Shown piece after piece: positions 36,380-46,204 of a DNA stretch of 64,000 nt. A program made the position numbers and the translations under genes. How positions within the stretch are numbered: position 1 is the first letter of the stretch; each line of letters starts with the position of its first letter. Under the pieces are notes generated by a model. It searched no databases, was not told where the DNA came from, and worked only from the letters and a program-made list of their open reading frames with translations. Location: contig JAJQIK010000043.1 in NCBI GenBank assembly GCA_021199255.1, positions 1,235-65,234 of the forward strand, in the 5' to 3' direction. The DNA is from Clostridiales bacterium (GTDB taxonomy: Bacteria > Bacillota > Clostridia > Lachnospirales > Lachnospiraceae).

Positions 36380-38056
36380 CTACACTTCCATAATAATAGG
36401 CAGGATCATGGGACGCCTCTTTGTCTTCTTCCACACAAAATCACCCAGTATATCCTTAATCGTCGCTTTCAGTTTCCCCCAGTCCGTCTGCCCTTTATCC
36501 AGACATTTCTGTATCGCCTCATTCACCAGCAGGCGGGCCTCGTCCATCAGCTCGTCGGACTCTTTCACATAAACAAAGCCTCTGGATACAATATCCGGGC
36601 CGGATACAAGCTGATCGCTGTAAGAATCAAGCGCCAGCACTACGATCAGGATACCGTCTTCAGCCAGATGCTGTCTGTCCCGCAAAACCACGTTGCCCAC
36701 GTCGCCTACGCCCAGTCCGTCTACCAGAATAGCGCCCACCGGAACCTTACCGGTTACCTCCGCGCTTTCGCTGTCCATCTCTAAGACATCGCCGGATTGC
36801 ATCATGAAAATCCGCTCTTTGGGAATCCCCAGTTCTCCCGCGATCTTCGCCTGCGCTTTCCTATGCTTGTACTCTCCGTGAATCGGAATCGCATACTTTG
36901 GTTTTACCAGAGAATAAATTAATTTAATCTCCTCCTGGCACGCATGCCCCGACACATGGACATCCTGAAAAATAACATCCGCGCCCTTCATCTGCAATTC
37001 ATTGATGACATTGGTAACCGCTTTTTCATTTCCCGGTATGGGATGGGAGGAAAAGATAACGGTATCGCCGGGCATAATCGAAATTTTCTTATGGTTGTCG
37101 CTGGCCATACGGCTCAGCGCCGCCATGCTCTCTCCCTGGCTGCCCGTGGTGATAATAACGGTTTTCTCAGCCGGATAATCCTTCAACTGCTCGATATCGA
37201 TCAGGGTGCGCTCCGGAATCTGTAAATATCCCAGCGTAGAAGCGGTTTCAATAATATTAACCATGCTTCGTCCCTCGACCACTACTTTTCTGCCGAATTT
37301 ATCGGCGGTATTGATAATCTGCTGCACCCTGTCCACATTAGAGGCAAAGGTCGCAATCAGGATTCTCGTATCCTTATGCTCCGAAAAAAGCATGTCAAAG
37401 GTTTTGCCCACCGTTTTCTCCGAAGGGGTAAAGCCCAGCCGTTCGGCATTGGTGGAGTCGCACATCAGCGCCAATACGCCCTTCTTGCCGATTTCAGCGA
37501 ATCTCTGCAGGTCGATGGCGTCGCCGAACACCGGCGTATAATCCACCTTAAAATCTCCGGTATGGACTACCACGCCCGCCGGGGAATAAATGGCCAGCGC
37601 CGCCGCGTCCACAATACTGTGATTGGTTTTAATAAATTCAACCCTGAACTGGCCTAAATTGATAGACTGCCCGAACTTCACCACTTTTCGTCTGGTTTTC
37701 CCTAACAGGTCATGCTCGCTTAACTTATTTTCAATAATCCCCATCGTCAGCTTGGTGGCATAAACCGGGACGTTTAATTCCTTCAGGATATAAGGCAGCG
37801 CCCCGATATGGTCTTCATGCCCGTGCGTAATCATAAATCCTTTTACCTTATCCGCATTATCCTTCAGATAGGTAATATCCGGAATGACTAAATCAATTCC
37901 CAGCATTTCATCTTCAGGGAACGATAATCCGCAGTCCACCACAATAATACTGTCCTCATACTCAAAGGCAGTAATATTAAGCCCAATCTGCTCCAAACCG
38001 CCTAATGGGATAACCTTCAGCTTTGACGCTGACTTTCCTTGTTTAATTTTGTTCAA
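36380..38056 (-). CDS. rnj: Ribonuclease J
   Basis: The metallo-beta-lactamase motif ITHGHEDHIGALP, a beta-CASP domain and a C-terminal domain are present. I prefer the TTG start at 38056, 8 nt after a GGAGG RBS. The track ORF starts at the GTG at 38071. Confidence 0.9.
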   Translation of the reverse strand: MNKIKQGKSASKLKVIPLGGLEQIGLNITAFEYEDSIIVVDCGLSFPEDEMLGIDLVIPDITYLKDNADKVKGFMITHGHEDHIGALPYILKELNVPVYATKLTMGIIENKLSEHDLLGKTRRKVVKFGQSINLGQFRVEFIKTNHSIVDAAALAIYSPAGVVVHTGDFKVDYTPVFGDAIDLQRFAEIGKKGVLALMCDSTNAERLGFTPSEKTVGKTFDMLFSEHKDTRILIATFASNVDRVQQIINTADKFGRKVVVEGRSMVNIIETASTLGYLQIPERTLIDIEQLKDYPAEKTVIITTGSQGESMAALSRMASDNHKKISIMPGDTVIFSSHPIPGNEKAVTNVINELQMKGADVIFQDVHVSGHACQEEIKLIYSLVKPKYAIPIHGEYKHRKAQAKIAGELGIPKERIFMMQSGDVLEMDSESAEVTGKVPVGAILVDGLGVGDVGNVVLRDRQHLAEDGILIVVLALDSYSDQLVSGPDIVSRGFVYVKESDELMDEARLLVNEAIQKCLDKGQTDWGKLKATIKDILGDFVWKKTKRRPMILPIIMEV

Positions 38057-38279
38057 AAAATTTACCTCCACTTTCTTTCAGTTCAAACAGAGTCTGTTCA
38101 AGGGACTTTGCGATACTGTACTGATATCCTCCCATACGTTTCGTCTCTACCCGGTATCAGCATCTATGATCCGCAAACCGCTCTACGATACTCCATATGT
38201 AACTGCTTCTTTATTGATCCGCGCTTCCCTGAACCGGGGCGCAAACCTATCCAAAATCCGCTTTCTGCGAATGGGATTT

Positions 38280-38534
38280 TTACAATAGTTCAATATCCTC
38301 CAGCATATTTTCAAACACAGCCGCTACCGCGTCTAATTCCTCGTCGTCCGTCACAATCTCGTATATCGCTTCTTCCTCTTCCGGGGCTGACACATCCCGC
38401 AGAATCAGCGCTTCTGAGTCGTCCTGTTCCGAATCTGTCACTAAAATATAATCGATACCGCCCAGTCTCGTCTGTTCCAGTACATAAAACTCTACGGCCT
38501 CTTCACCTGCCGGTGTAAACACAATCTTTTCCAC
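38280..38534 (-). CDS. DUF1292 (YrzB-like) protein
   Basis: A small acidic protein with the YILVTDSE pattern, syntenic with ruvX. Confidence 0.75.
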   Translation of the reverse strand: MEKIVFTPAGEEAVEFYVLEQTRLGGIDYILVTDSEQDDSEALILRDVSAPEEEEAIYEIVTDDEELDAVAAVFENMLEDIELL

Positions 38535-38969
38535 TTAACCCGTCTCCCTGCTCCCGCGATAATCCAAATAGCTCTGCAAAATAAACGTTGCCGCAATCTT
38601 GTCCACATATTCTTTGCGGCGTTCCCTGCGGACTCCCGCTTCCATCATTACTTTATCCGCCGACACCGTAGTAAGCCTTTCGTCCCACATGACCACCGGA
38701 AGCCCGGTTCTTCTCTCCAGCCGTTCTTGAAAGGCCAAAGAGAGCTCCGCTCTTTCCCCCAGCGTATCATTCATATTCTTCGGGAGCCCCAGCACAATCT
38801 CCGACACCTCGTACTCTACGGCCAGTTCCTCAATCCGCGCCAGCGTCTGGCGCAGCTTATTCTCCTCTTTCCGTCTGATAATCTCGATTCCTTGGGCGGT
38901 AATCAGCAGCGGATCGCTGATGGCCACTCCCACCGTCTTGGAACCAAAATCTAATCCCATAATTCTCAT
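38535..38969 (-). CDS. ruvX: Holliday-junction resolvase-like pre-16S rRNA nuclease RuvX (YqgF)
   Basis: [19 protein letters not shown] is present. The start was set at 38969. Confidence 0.9.
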   Translation of the reverse strand: MRIMGLDFGSKTVGVAISDPLLITAQGIEIIRRKEENKLRQTLARIEELAVEYEVSEIVLGLPKNMNDTLGERAELSLAFQERLERRTGLPVVMWDERLTTVSADKVMMEAGVRRERRKEYVDKIAATFILQSYLDYRGSRETG

Positions 38970-39023
38970 ACGCCGTTCTCTTATCCCGCCTGTACATACT
39001 TCCTGCATCCAATCTTGTATGAA

Positions 39024-39296
39024 TCAGCCGTTCTCCTTCCGAATGGAATTCTTAATGTATTCCACCAGCATCTCTTCTACCAGTTCATCACGCTCAACCT
39101 TCATAATCAGGCTTCGCGCGTTCTTATGGCTCGTAATATAGGTAGGGTCGCCGGACATAATATAACCCACGATCTGATTCACCGGATTATACCCCTTCTC
39201 CGTCAATGCCTCATATACTGTGGAAAGCACCAGCTTTACACCGGTTTCCGGTTCCGTCTCTACTTTAAAAAATTGTGTGTTCTCTAAATCCTGCAT
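39024..39296 (-). CDS. ireB: IreB-family regulatory phosphoprotein (UPF0297, YrzL)
   Basis: YEALTEKGYNPVNQIVGYIMSGDPTYITSH is the family signature. Confidence 0.9.
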   Translation of the reverse strand: MQDLENTQFFKVETEPETGVKLVLSTVYEALTEKGYNPVNQIVGYIMSGDPTYITSHKNARSLIMKVERDELVEEMLVEYIKNSIRKENG

Positions 39297-39450
39297 TGTT
39301 TCACGCCCTTATCCATTGTTTCTCTTAATCGCACCCGGCCGTATCCGCCCGGCGCCCTCATAAATGCTATTATTACCATAATACTCTATCGTCACACAAA
39401 ATTCAATCACTTTAACGAAATGCCCGGCAATTCCTTATTCCTTTTCCCTG

Positions 39451-40785
39451 CTACTCCATAAGCATAACCTCTTCGTCCAAAAAGCCCTTCAGGACGCCCC
39501 GCACAAGCCGGTTGTGCAAATCCGCGGCGCCCTCCGCCGCCTTCGCCACCCTGATATACTGCGGCGTGTGCCCCAGCCAATAGCGCTTCCCCCCTATTTC
39601 ATGGGCGTCCTCAAAGAGCGCTTCCGCTTTCCTTCCTATGTATCCTGCGCGATATGCGCGGGACATCTGTTTGCCCGCCTCGATCAGAACCGCGCTCCGC
39701 CTGCTCTTTTCCGCCTCTGTAATCTGCCCTTCCATGGCGGCAGCCTTAGTTCCCTGTCTTTTGGAATATTTGAAAATATGCATCTCATAAAAATTGACCC
39801 TGCGCACAAAGGCTTCCGTGGCTCTAAACTCCTCTTCCGTTTCCTGCGGGAATCCCACAATTACGTCGGTGGTAATAGCCGGATTATCATAATATTGTCT
39901 CAGTAGTCTGGTCGTATCCAAGTATTCCCCGCTGTCATACCGTCTATTCATCCGTTTCAGCACACTGTCGCAGCCGCTCTGCAAGGATAGATGAAAATGG
40001 GGACAGACCTTTGTAAGCCCGCTGATCCGCCGCGCAAATTCCTCCGTGACAATGCGCGGTTCCAGCGAACCCAGCCGAATCCTTTTCAAGCCCTCTATCT
40101 CCTGAAGCTTTTCCAGCAACGGCAAAAGCTCTAAAGCCCCCCGGTCAAGCCCGTAGGAGCCGATATGTATGCCTGTCAGTACGATCTCCTGATATCCGGC
40201 GGCGACTATTCCCCTTACCTCCCGCAGAATATCTTCCTCCCTGCGGCTTCTGACTCTCCCTCTGGCATAGGGAATAATGCAGTAGGAGCAGAACTGGTTG
40301 CAGCCGTCCTGAATCTTGATATAGGCGCGGGTATGCTCCGCCGTTCTTTTCAGAAGCAGCTCTTCATATTCGTCGGTATGATTGATATCTATAATATCCC
40401 GGCGCTGCGTCTCTGCGTCCCGCTCCGTCCTGCCCTCGTTCTCCTGCAGATAGTTCTCCAGAATGGCCACCAAATCCTTCTTACGGTTATTGCCGATCGC
40501 CAGGTCGACAGCCCGGTCTTTTTCGATCCCGGCCTCGTCCGTCTGTACATAACATCCCACCGCCACTACCACCGCATGGGGATTCTGCTTTTTCGCCCGG
40601 TGAAGCATCTGCCGGCTTTTTCTGTCCGCTATGTTTGTGACGGTACAGGTGTTTACGATATAGATATCGGCAGGTTCATCAAATGATACAATTTTATAAC
40701 CCTTTTCTTGTAACATTTGTTGCATAACGTCCATTTCATAGCCGTTTACTTTACAGCCCAGATTATGTAATGCTACACTTTTCAT
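39451..40785 (-). CDS. mtaB: tRNA (N6-threonylcarbamoyladenosine-37) methylthiotransferase MtaB
   Basis: The UPF0004 N-domain (LGCKVNGYE) and the radical-SAM motif CNQFCSYC are present, with a C-terminal TRAM-like region. Confidence 0.85.
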   Translation of the reverse strand: MKSVALHNLGCKVNGYEMDVMQQMLQEKGYKIVSFDEPADIYIVNTCTVTNIADRKSRQMLHRAKKQNPHAVVVAVGCYVQTDEAGIEKDRAVDLAIGNNRKKDLVAILENYLQENEGRTERDAETQRRDIIDINHTDEYEELLLKRTAEHTRAYIKIQDGCNQFCSYCIIPYARGRVRSRREEDILREVRGIVAAGYQEIVLTGIHIGSYGLDRGALELLPLLEKLQEIEGLKRIRLGSLEPRIVTEEFARRISGLTKVCPHFHLSLQSGCDSVLKRMNRRYDSGEYLDTTRLLRQYYDNPAITTDVIVGFPQETEEEFRATEAFVRRVNFYEMHIFKYSKRQGTKAAAMEGQITEAEKSRRSAVLIEAGKQMSRAYRAGYIGRKAEALFEDAHEIGGKRYWLGHTPQYIRVAKAAEGAADLHNRLVRGVLKGFLDEEVMLME

Positions 40786-40888
40786 AGTAATCTCCGCATT
40801 TTTTGTATTGTTTTATCATTGACTTTTGTTCTTCCAACATTTAGTATTATAGCAGAAGGTATTAAAAATCAAAGGAGGTAATTCTTAA

Positions 40889-41119
40889 ATGAAAACAGTA
40901 CAGATTTCTTTAAATTCCATTGATAAGGTTAAATCTTTTGTAAACGATATTACAAAGTTTGATTATGATTTCGATTTAGTATCCGGAAGATACGTTATCG
41001 ATGCGAAATCTATCATGGGTATCTTCAGTTTAGACTTATCCAAGCCTATCGACTTGAATATTCACGCTGAAGATGGTACTGATGAAGTGATGGAAGCTTT
41101 AAAGCCCTACATCATGTAA
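40889..41119 (+). CDS. HPr-family protein lacking the phospho-accepting His15
   Basis: The HPr fold Ser46 block DAKSIMGIFSL is present. The position of GLHARPA is occupied by NSIDKVKSF. Confidence 0.7.
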   Translation: MKTVQISLNSIDKVKSFVNDITKFDYDFDLVSGRYVIDAKSIMGIFSLDLSKPIDLNIHAEDGTDEVMEALKPYIM

Positions 41120-41146
41120 GTATCGGCTTATCATCAGAGACGAATC

Positions 41147-41173
41147 GGAACCGCTTTTTGCGGTTCCTTTTTT
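41147..41173 (+). terminator. Intrinsic terminator after the HPr-like gene
   Basis: GGAACCGC-ttttt-GCGGTTCC is followed by T6. Confidence 0.7.
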
Positions 41174-41187
41174 GTTGCCGCAGCTTA

Positions 41188-42366
41188 TTACTGCACAATA
41201 ATCAGTTCATCTGTATCAAGGGCGCGTTGCACCAGCTCATCAATTTTCTCAGACAGGTTTTTCTCATGCTTCCTGATAATATTCAGGTTCGGCTTGGTTA
41301 CCGGGTGCTTAGCCACGAAGATCGTACAGCAGTCTTCATAGGGCAGGATAGACGTCTCATAGGTATTGATCTTTTCCGAAATATCCACAATATCCATCTT
41401 ATCAAAGCCAATCAGCGGCCTGTAGACCGGAAGCTGGCAGACTTCATTGGTCGCCATCAGGCTGTGCATCGTCTGGGAGGCCACCTGCCCGATGCTCTCT
41501 CCCGTAATCAGCCCCAGACATTCTGTTTCCCTGGCAATATGCTCAGCGATCCGCATCATATAACGGCGCATAATAATCGTCAATTCCTCATGGGGACACT
41601 TATCATAGATATAGAGCTGGATATCCGTAAAATTAATCACATGCAGATAGATAGGCCCCGTATAAGCCGCTACCTTACGCGCCAGATCTACTACCTTCTG
41701 TTTCGCGCGCTCACTGGTATAGGGCGGCGCGTGGAAATAAACGGCGTCGATTTTAACCCCCCGCTTCGCGATCATCCACCCGGCTACAGGGGAATCGATG
41801 CCGCCCGATAAGAGCAGCATCGCCTTTCCGCCCGTTCCCACCGGCATACCGCCCGGCCCCGGAATGATTTCCGAATAAATATAAATCTTATCCCGAATCT
41901 CGATATTTAAGAGGATATCCGGGCGATGCACGTCCACGCTCATCTCCGGATAGGCGTCCAAAATAATCCCGCCCATTTCCATATTAATCTCCATGGAATT
42001 CAGCGGATAATTCTTTCTGGCCCGTCTGGCCGCCACCTTAAAGGTCTTATGCCTGTCCGAATATACGTCCCTGATATACCGGACGACCGTCTCTCCCAGC
42101 TTCTCAAATCCCTCGTCTTCTACATATACTACCGGGCATATGCCGGAAATACCGAACACCTTCTGCAGCCCCGCCACCGTCTCATCAAAATCAAATTCCG
42201 ACAGGGCGTCCACATAAATGCGTCCGTCCGTCTTGCGCACCGCAAAGGAGCCCTCGCATTTCTTGAGCGCATATTTAATCTGCCTGACCAAAGCGTCCTC
42301 AAACAGATATCTGTTCTTTCCTTTTACGCCAATCTCCGCGTATTTAATCAAAAAAGCTGTAAACAT
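41188..42366 (-). CDS. thiI: tRNA 4-thiouridine(8) synthase ThiI
   Basis: The N-terminal sequence FLIKYAEIGVKGKNR and the PP-loop SGGIDSPVA are present. The start was set at 42366, which has a GGGAGG RBS. Confidence 0.9.
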   Translation of the reverse strand: MFTAFLIKYAEIGVKGKNRYLFEDALVRQIKYALKKCEGSFAVRKTDGRIYVDALSEFDFDETVAGLQKVFGISGICPVVYVEDEGFEKLGETVVRYIRDVYSDRHKTFKVAARRARKNYPLNSMEINMEMGGIILDAYPEMSVDVHRPDILLNIEIRDKIYIYSEIIPGPGGMPVGTGGKAMLLLSGGIDSPVAGWMIAKRGVKIDAVYFHAPPYTSERAKQKVVDLARKVAAYTGPIYLHVINFTDIQLYIYDKCPHEELTIIMRRYMMRIAEHIARETECLGLITGESIGQVASQTMHSLMATNEVCQLPVYRPLIGFDKMDIVDISEKINTYETSILPYEDCCTIFVAKHPVTKPNLNIIRKHEKNLSEKIDELVQRALDTDELIIVQ

Positions 42367-42448
42367 AGTTCCTCCCACCTGTTTCCTTCAGGGAAAGAAC
42401 GCCGAAAACGGCGTTCTTCCACGTAAAAAGTTGTCTTGCGCTGCCCTC

Positions 42449-43612
42449 TCAGCGTCTGGCATATCTTCTAAGCGTCGGAATCAGCTCGCACAACGCCTGT
42501 ATCGTATACCGGATTTCTTCCGGTGTGGTAAAAACCGACAGGCTGAACCGAATCGTGGAATCCAGCAAATCCTTTTCCACGCCGATGGCCTTCAGGGTAG
42601 CGGAAATCTGCGGCTTATTCGAGGCGCAGGCGCTTCCCGCAGACACGTAAATTCCCCGCTCCTCCAGCGCGTGCAGGAGCACCTCGCTGCGCACGCCGCG
42701 GACAGAAAGGCTTACAATGTGCGCCGCGCCGTCATGCCCCGGGCAGCCGTTAACCTTCACATCTTCCACCCGGCTCACACCGTCTATCAGCATTTCCCGC
42801 AGCTCATACATCCTCTGCATATCCCGGTCGAGATTTTCATAAACCATCTCCGCCGCCTTAGCCATACCTGCAATCCCGGGGACATTCTCCGTGCCGGAAC
42901 GGATCCCTTTCTGCTGACCGCCGCCATACATAATCGGGTTGATTCTGGTTCCCTCTCTGATATAAAGGAAGCCCACCCCCTTCGGTCCATGAATCTTATG
43001 CGCGCTGACCGAAAGCATATCAATATTCATCTTATTGGGATAAATACGCGACTTCCCGAAGCCCTGCACCGCGTCTACGTGGAACAGCGTCCGGGGATTA
43101 CGTCTCTTAATCAACGCGCCTGCCTCCGCCAGCGGCTGTATACTGCCGATCTCATTATTCGTATGCATAATCGATACCAGTATCGTATCCGGCCTGACCG
43201 CATACTCCAAAGCTTCCAAAGAAATCCTGCCCTCGCGGTCTACCGGGAGATAGGTTACCTCAAAGCCCTGATCCTCCAGATAAGACATGGTCTGTAAAAT
43301 CGCTGGATGCTCAATCTGAGTCGTAATCAAATGCCTGCCTCTCCGATGATTGGCCATAGCCGTCCCGATCAACGCAATATTATCTGATTCCGTACCGCCG
43401 GAGGTAAAGAAAATTTCTTTCTCATTTACTTTTAAAATCTTAGCAAGTGTTTCTTTGGCATATCTTAAGTATTGCTCTGCTTCTACTCCCTTATGATGCA
43501 TACTGGAAGGATTTCCGTAATCCTCGCACATAATCTTATGCATCAGCCGCGCCACTTCATCGAAGCATCTGGTAGTCGCAGAATTGTCTAAATACGCTTC
43601 CATTTCTGTCAT
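42449..43612 (-). CDS. Cysteine desulfurase (NifS/IscS family)
   Basis: YLDNSATT, the PLP lysine block SAHKIHGPKG and the catalytic block SAGSACAS are present. The start was set at 43612, which has a GAGAAAGGA RBS. The 55-codon extension in the track ORF lacks an RBS. Confidence 0.9.
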   Translation of the reverse strand: MTEMEAYLDNSATTRCFDEVARLMHKIMCEDYGNPSSMHHKGVEAEQYLRYAKETLAKILKVNEKEIFFTSGGTESDNIALIGTAMANHRRGRHLITTQIEHPAILQTMSYLEDQGFEVTYLPVDREGRISLEALEYAVRPDTILVSIMHTNNEIGSIQPLAEAGALIKRRNPRTLFHVDAVQGFGKSRIYPNKMNIDMLSVSAHKIHGPKGVGFLYIREGTRINPIMYGGGQQKGIRSGTENVPGIAGMAKAAEMVYENLDRDMQRMYELREMLIDGVSRVEDVKVNGCPGHDGAAHIVSLSVRGVRSEVLLHALEERGIYVSAGSACASNKPQISATLKAIGVEKDLLDSTIRFSLSVFTTPEEIRYTIQALCELIPTLRRYARR

Positions 43613-43844
43613 TCCTTTCTCGCACGACTCATATAAATCCCCATTTCTGAGCAACTTGTTGCGAAGCGGCGGCGAGAAATCCGCAAAGGCGGTTTCTCGT
43701 CTGCCATCAGGGCTATTTGTTTTCGCCCAGAAACAAATAGCCGTATGAAACATCAGCACATCAGTGTGATTTTTCATACTATATATTATGTTCTTTTCTG
43801 ATCTGCGGTCACTATAGCGCCGATAAATATCCTTTTTCTGCGTC

Positions 43845-44609
43845 TCACTTCCCGGATTCCTCTCCGGCTTCGGATTCCAAATGATACATCAGCCATGAGA
43901 GCACCGTAAGACCCGCCGTCTCCGTGCGCAGGATTCTTGAGCCCAACGTCACCGGCTCTATTCCGGCCGCCTGAGCCGCCTGTATCTCGCTTTCCTCAAA
44001 ACCGCCCTCCGGCCCGATAAAGACCGCGATGCGCTGGCCGGGCTCTATCCCTTCAATGATACGCCTCGTATGCCGCATATCCTCCGCCAGCTCATAAGGA
44101 ATCAGCTTGACCTCCATGCCCTGCGCGCAGGCAATCGCCTCCTCCATACTCATCACGGGACACACCCTGGGGATCATCGCCCTTTTGCTCTGCTTGGCCG
44201 CCGCTTCGGCAATTCCCTGCCATCTGGCGACCTTATTAGCAGCCTTCTTCGCGTCTAATTTAACGACGCACCTTCTGGCGGAAACCGGGATCACCTCAAA
44301 CACTCCCAGCTCCACCGCCTTCTGTATAATCAGCTCCATCTTATCCGCTTTGGGAAGCCCCTGAAATAAATAAATTTTCGAAGCAAGCTCCACGCCGTCT
44401 TCTTTAATAAAACGAAGGCCGCAGATAACCTCTTCCTCCGTAAATTCCTCTATTCCGCAGCGATATTCCCTGCCGTCTATCCCGTTGCTGACGGAGATCT
44501 CGTCTCCCGGCTTCATGCGAAGGACATTCCTGATATGGTTGACGTCGCTGCCCGTTATGACAATCCTATGATCACAAATCTGCGACGGTTCCACGAAAAA
44601 CTGATACAT
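43845..44609 (-). CDS. rsmE: 16S rRNA (uracil1498-N3)-methyltransferase RsmE
   Basis: The PUA-like N-terminal region is HIRNVLRMKPGD. The SPOUT C-terminal region is IGPEGGFEESE...LGSRILRTETA. Confidence 0.9.
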   Translation of the reverse strand: MYQFFVEPSQICDHRIVITGSDVNHIRNVLRMKPGDEISVSNGIDGREYRCGIEEFTEEEVICGLRFIKEDGVELASKIYLFQGLPKADKMELIIQKAVELGVFEVIPVSARRCVVKLDAKKAANKVARWQGIAEAAAKQSKRAMIPRVCPVMSMEEAIACAQGMEVKLIPYELAEDMRHTRRIIEGIEPGQRIAVFIGPEGGFEESEIQAAQAAGIEPVTLGSRILRTETAGLTVLSWLMYHLESEAGEESGK

Positions 44610-44614
44610 CTTTG

Positions 44615-45145
44615 CTATTCCTTCCCGCTCAAACGAGCTTTTATCACTCTGCCAAAGCAGAGAAAAAGCGCCAGTCCCAAAACAGCGCCCGCACTGTCTA
44701 TGAGCACATCTCTGACGCAGCCTGCCCTGCCCGCCACAAACAACTGGTGAAACTCATCGCTGCATGCATAGAGGGCGGCGGCCGTGATACTAAGGCCGCT
44801 TCTCCTCAGCACGGTCATCTCCCATCTGCCAATCCAGAGAAAAATCAGAATCGCCAGAATCGCATATTCCGTCATATGCGCGCCTTTTCTGACCGCATTT
44901 TCTATCGAAAGGGCAATTTTTTCCAACTGCTCCTCCCCCAGATGCAGATGCAGAAAAAATCCGGCGGAATCCACCATCTGATAACTAAGCCCCTCGCTTA
45001 CCACGCTGGATTCTTCGTCCGTCTGCGCGGAAAACGCAAAAATCACGCACATCCATACCAGCGCCAGAAGCCCCGCCAGATTTCTCCATTTGCGCACTCT
45101 TCCGCTTTCCGTCCTTTTCTCCAGATTACATTTCATAAGAATCAC
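44615..45145 (-). CDS. VanZ-family membrane protein
   Basis: KGAHMTEYAILA and DEFHQLFVAGRAGCVRDVLIDS are VanZ motifs. Confidence 0.8.
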   Translation of the reverse strand: MILMKCNLEKRTESGRVRKWRNLAGLLALVWMCVIFAFSAQTDEESSVVSEGLSYQMVDSAGFFLHLHLGEEQLEKIALSIENAVRKGAHMTEYAILAILIFLWIGRWEMTVLRRSGLSITAAALYACSDEFHQLFVAGRAGCVRDVLIDSAGAVLGLALFLCFGRVIKARLSGKE

Positions 45146-46133
45146 TCTTCACCTTGCGGGCTGTCACAGATACCCATTCCCCCTGATAAGTCACCTCCAG
45201 TATCTCAAGCCCCGCCGCTTCAACAGCCTCTCTTACGGTTTCTTCCTTCGTATCAATAATCCCAGACGTTATATAAACCCCGCCTGTTTTCATATGGCGC
45301 ACGATTACCGGAGTCAGGGGCACCAGCACATCTGCCAGAATATTGGCCGCCACGATATCATACCGGCCGTAGCCCACCTTATCCTGCACGCTCTTATCCG
45401 TAATAATATTGCCAATCATCATTTCGAAAGCCTCCTGGGGAATCCGATTGGCCTCCATATTCTGGGCTACCGCCTCCACCGCACAGGGATCAAGGTCTGT
45501 GCCAACGGCATGTTTGGCGCCGTACATCAAAGCCAGGATCGCCAGGATACCGCTGCCGGTTCCCACATCTAAAAGCTCCGTCTCCGGCGTCAGGTATTTC
45601 TTAATCTGTCGGATACATAACTGGGTCGTCTCATGCATTCCCGTGCCAAAAGCAGTCCCCGGATCGATATGTAATATCTTCTTGTCCAGATCCTCCTCCC
45701 TGACCTCCTCCCAGGAGGGAATCACCAGAAGATCGTCGATATAGAACTGATGGAAATACTGCTTCCAGTTATTGATCCAGTCGATATCCTCTGTCTCCGT
45801 CACGGTAACGGAGCCTTCCCCGATTTCCATAAAAAGACGCAATTCCTCCAACTCCTGCCCAATCCGGGACAAAAGCGTATCCTTATCTGTGGGTACGCCC
45901 CCCGCCTCCAGACTGCCGTCCTCCTTTTCCTCCACAAAAAAGCTCAGATACGCAATCCCATCGTCCTCCGGCCCATCAGGCAGGATATCCACAAACATCT
46001 GCTCCTTTTCCAGCGCGGTCAGGGGAATCTTATCCTCAATCTGCGCACCCTCTAAGCCTATATCATAGAGGGCGCTGATAATAATGTCTTCCGCTTCCGT
46101 TACTGTTTTAATTCTGAATTTCATCCACTTCAT
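45126..46133 (-). CDS. prmA: Ribosomal protein L11 methyltransferase PrmA
   Basis: IDPGTAFGTGMHETT and LDVGTGSGILAI are present. Confidence 0.9.
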   Translation of the reverse strand: MKWMKFRIKTVTEAEDIIISALYDIGLEGAQIEDKIPLTALEKEQMFVDILPDGPEDDGIAYLSFFVEEKEDGSLEAGGVPTDKDTLLSRIGQELEELRLFMEIGEGSVTVTETEDIDWINNWKQYFHQFYIDDLLVIPSWEEVREEDLDKKILHIDPGTAFGTGMHETTQLCIRQIKKYLTPETELLDVGTGSGILAILALMYGAKHAVGTDLDPCAVEAVAQNMEANRIPQEAFEMMIGNIITDKSVQDKVGYGRYDIVAANILADVLVPLTPVIVRHMKTGGVYITSGIIDTKEETVREAVEAAGLEILEVTYQGEWVSVTARKVKSDSYEM

Positions 46134-46204
46134 GAACTATAACCTCGTTTCCTGCCGCTTCTTTGTTTTCCGTCCCGACGGCCTGGCTTATCGCCGACAT
46201 TATA

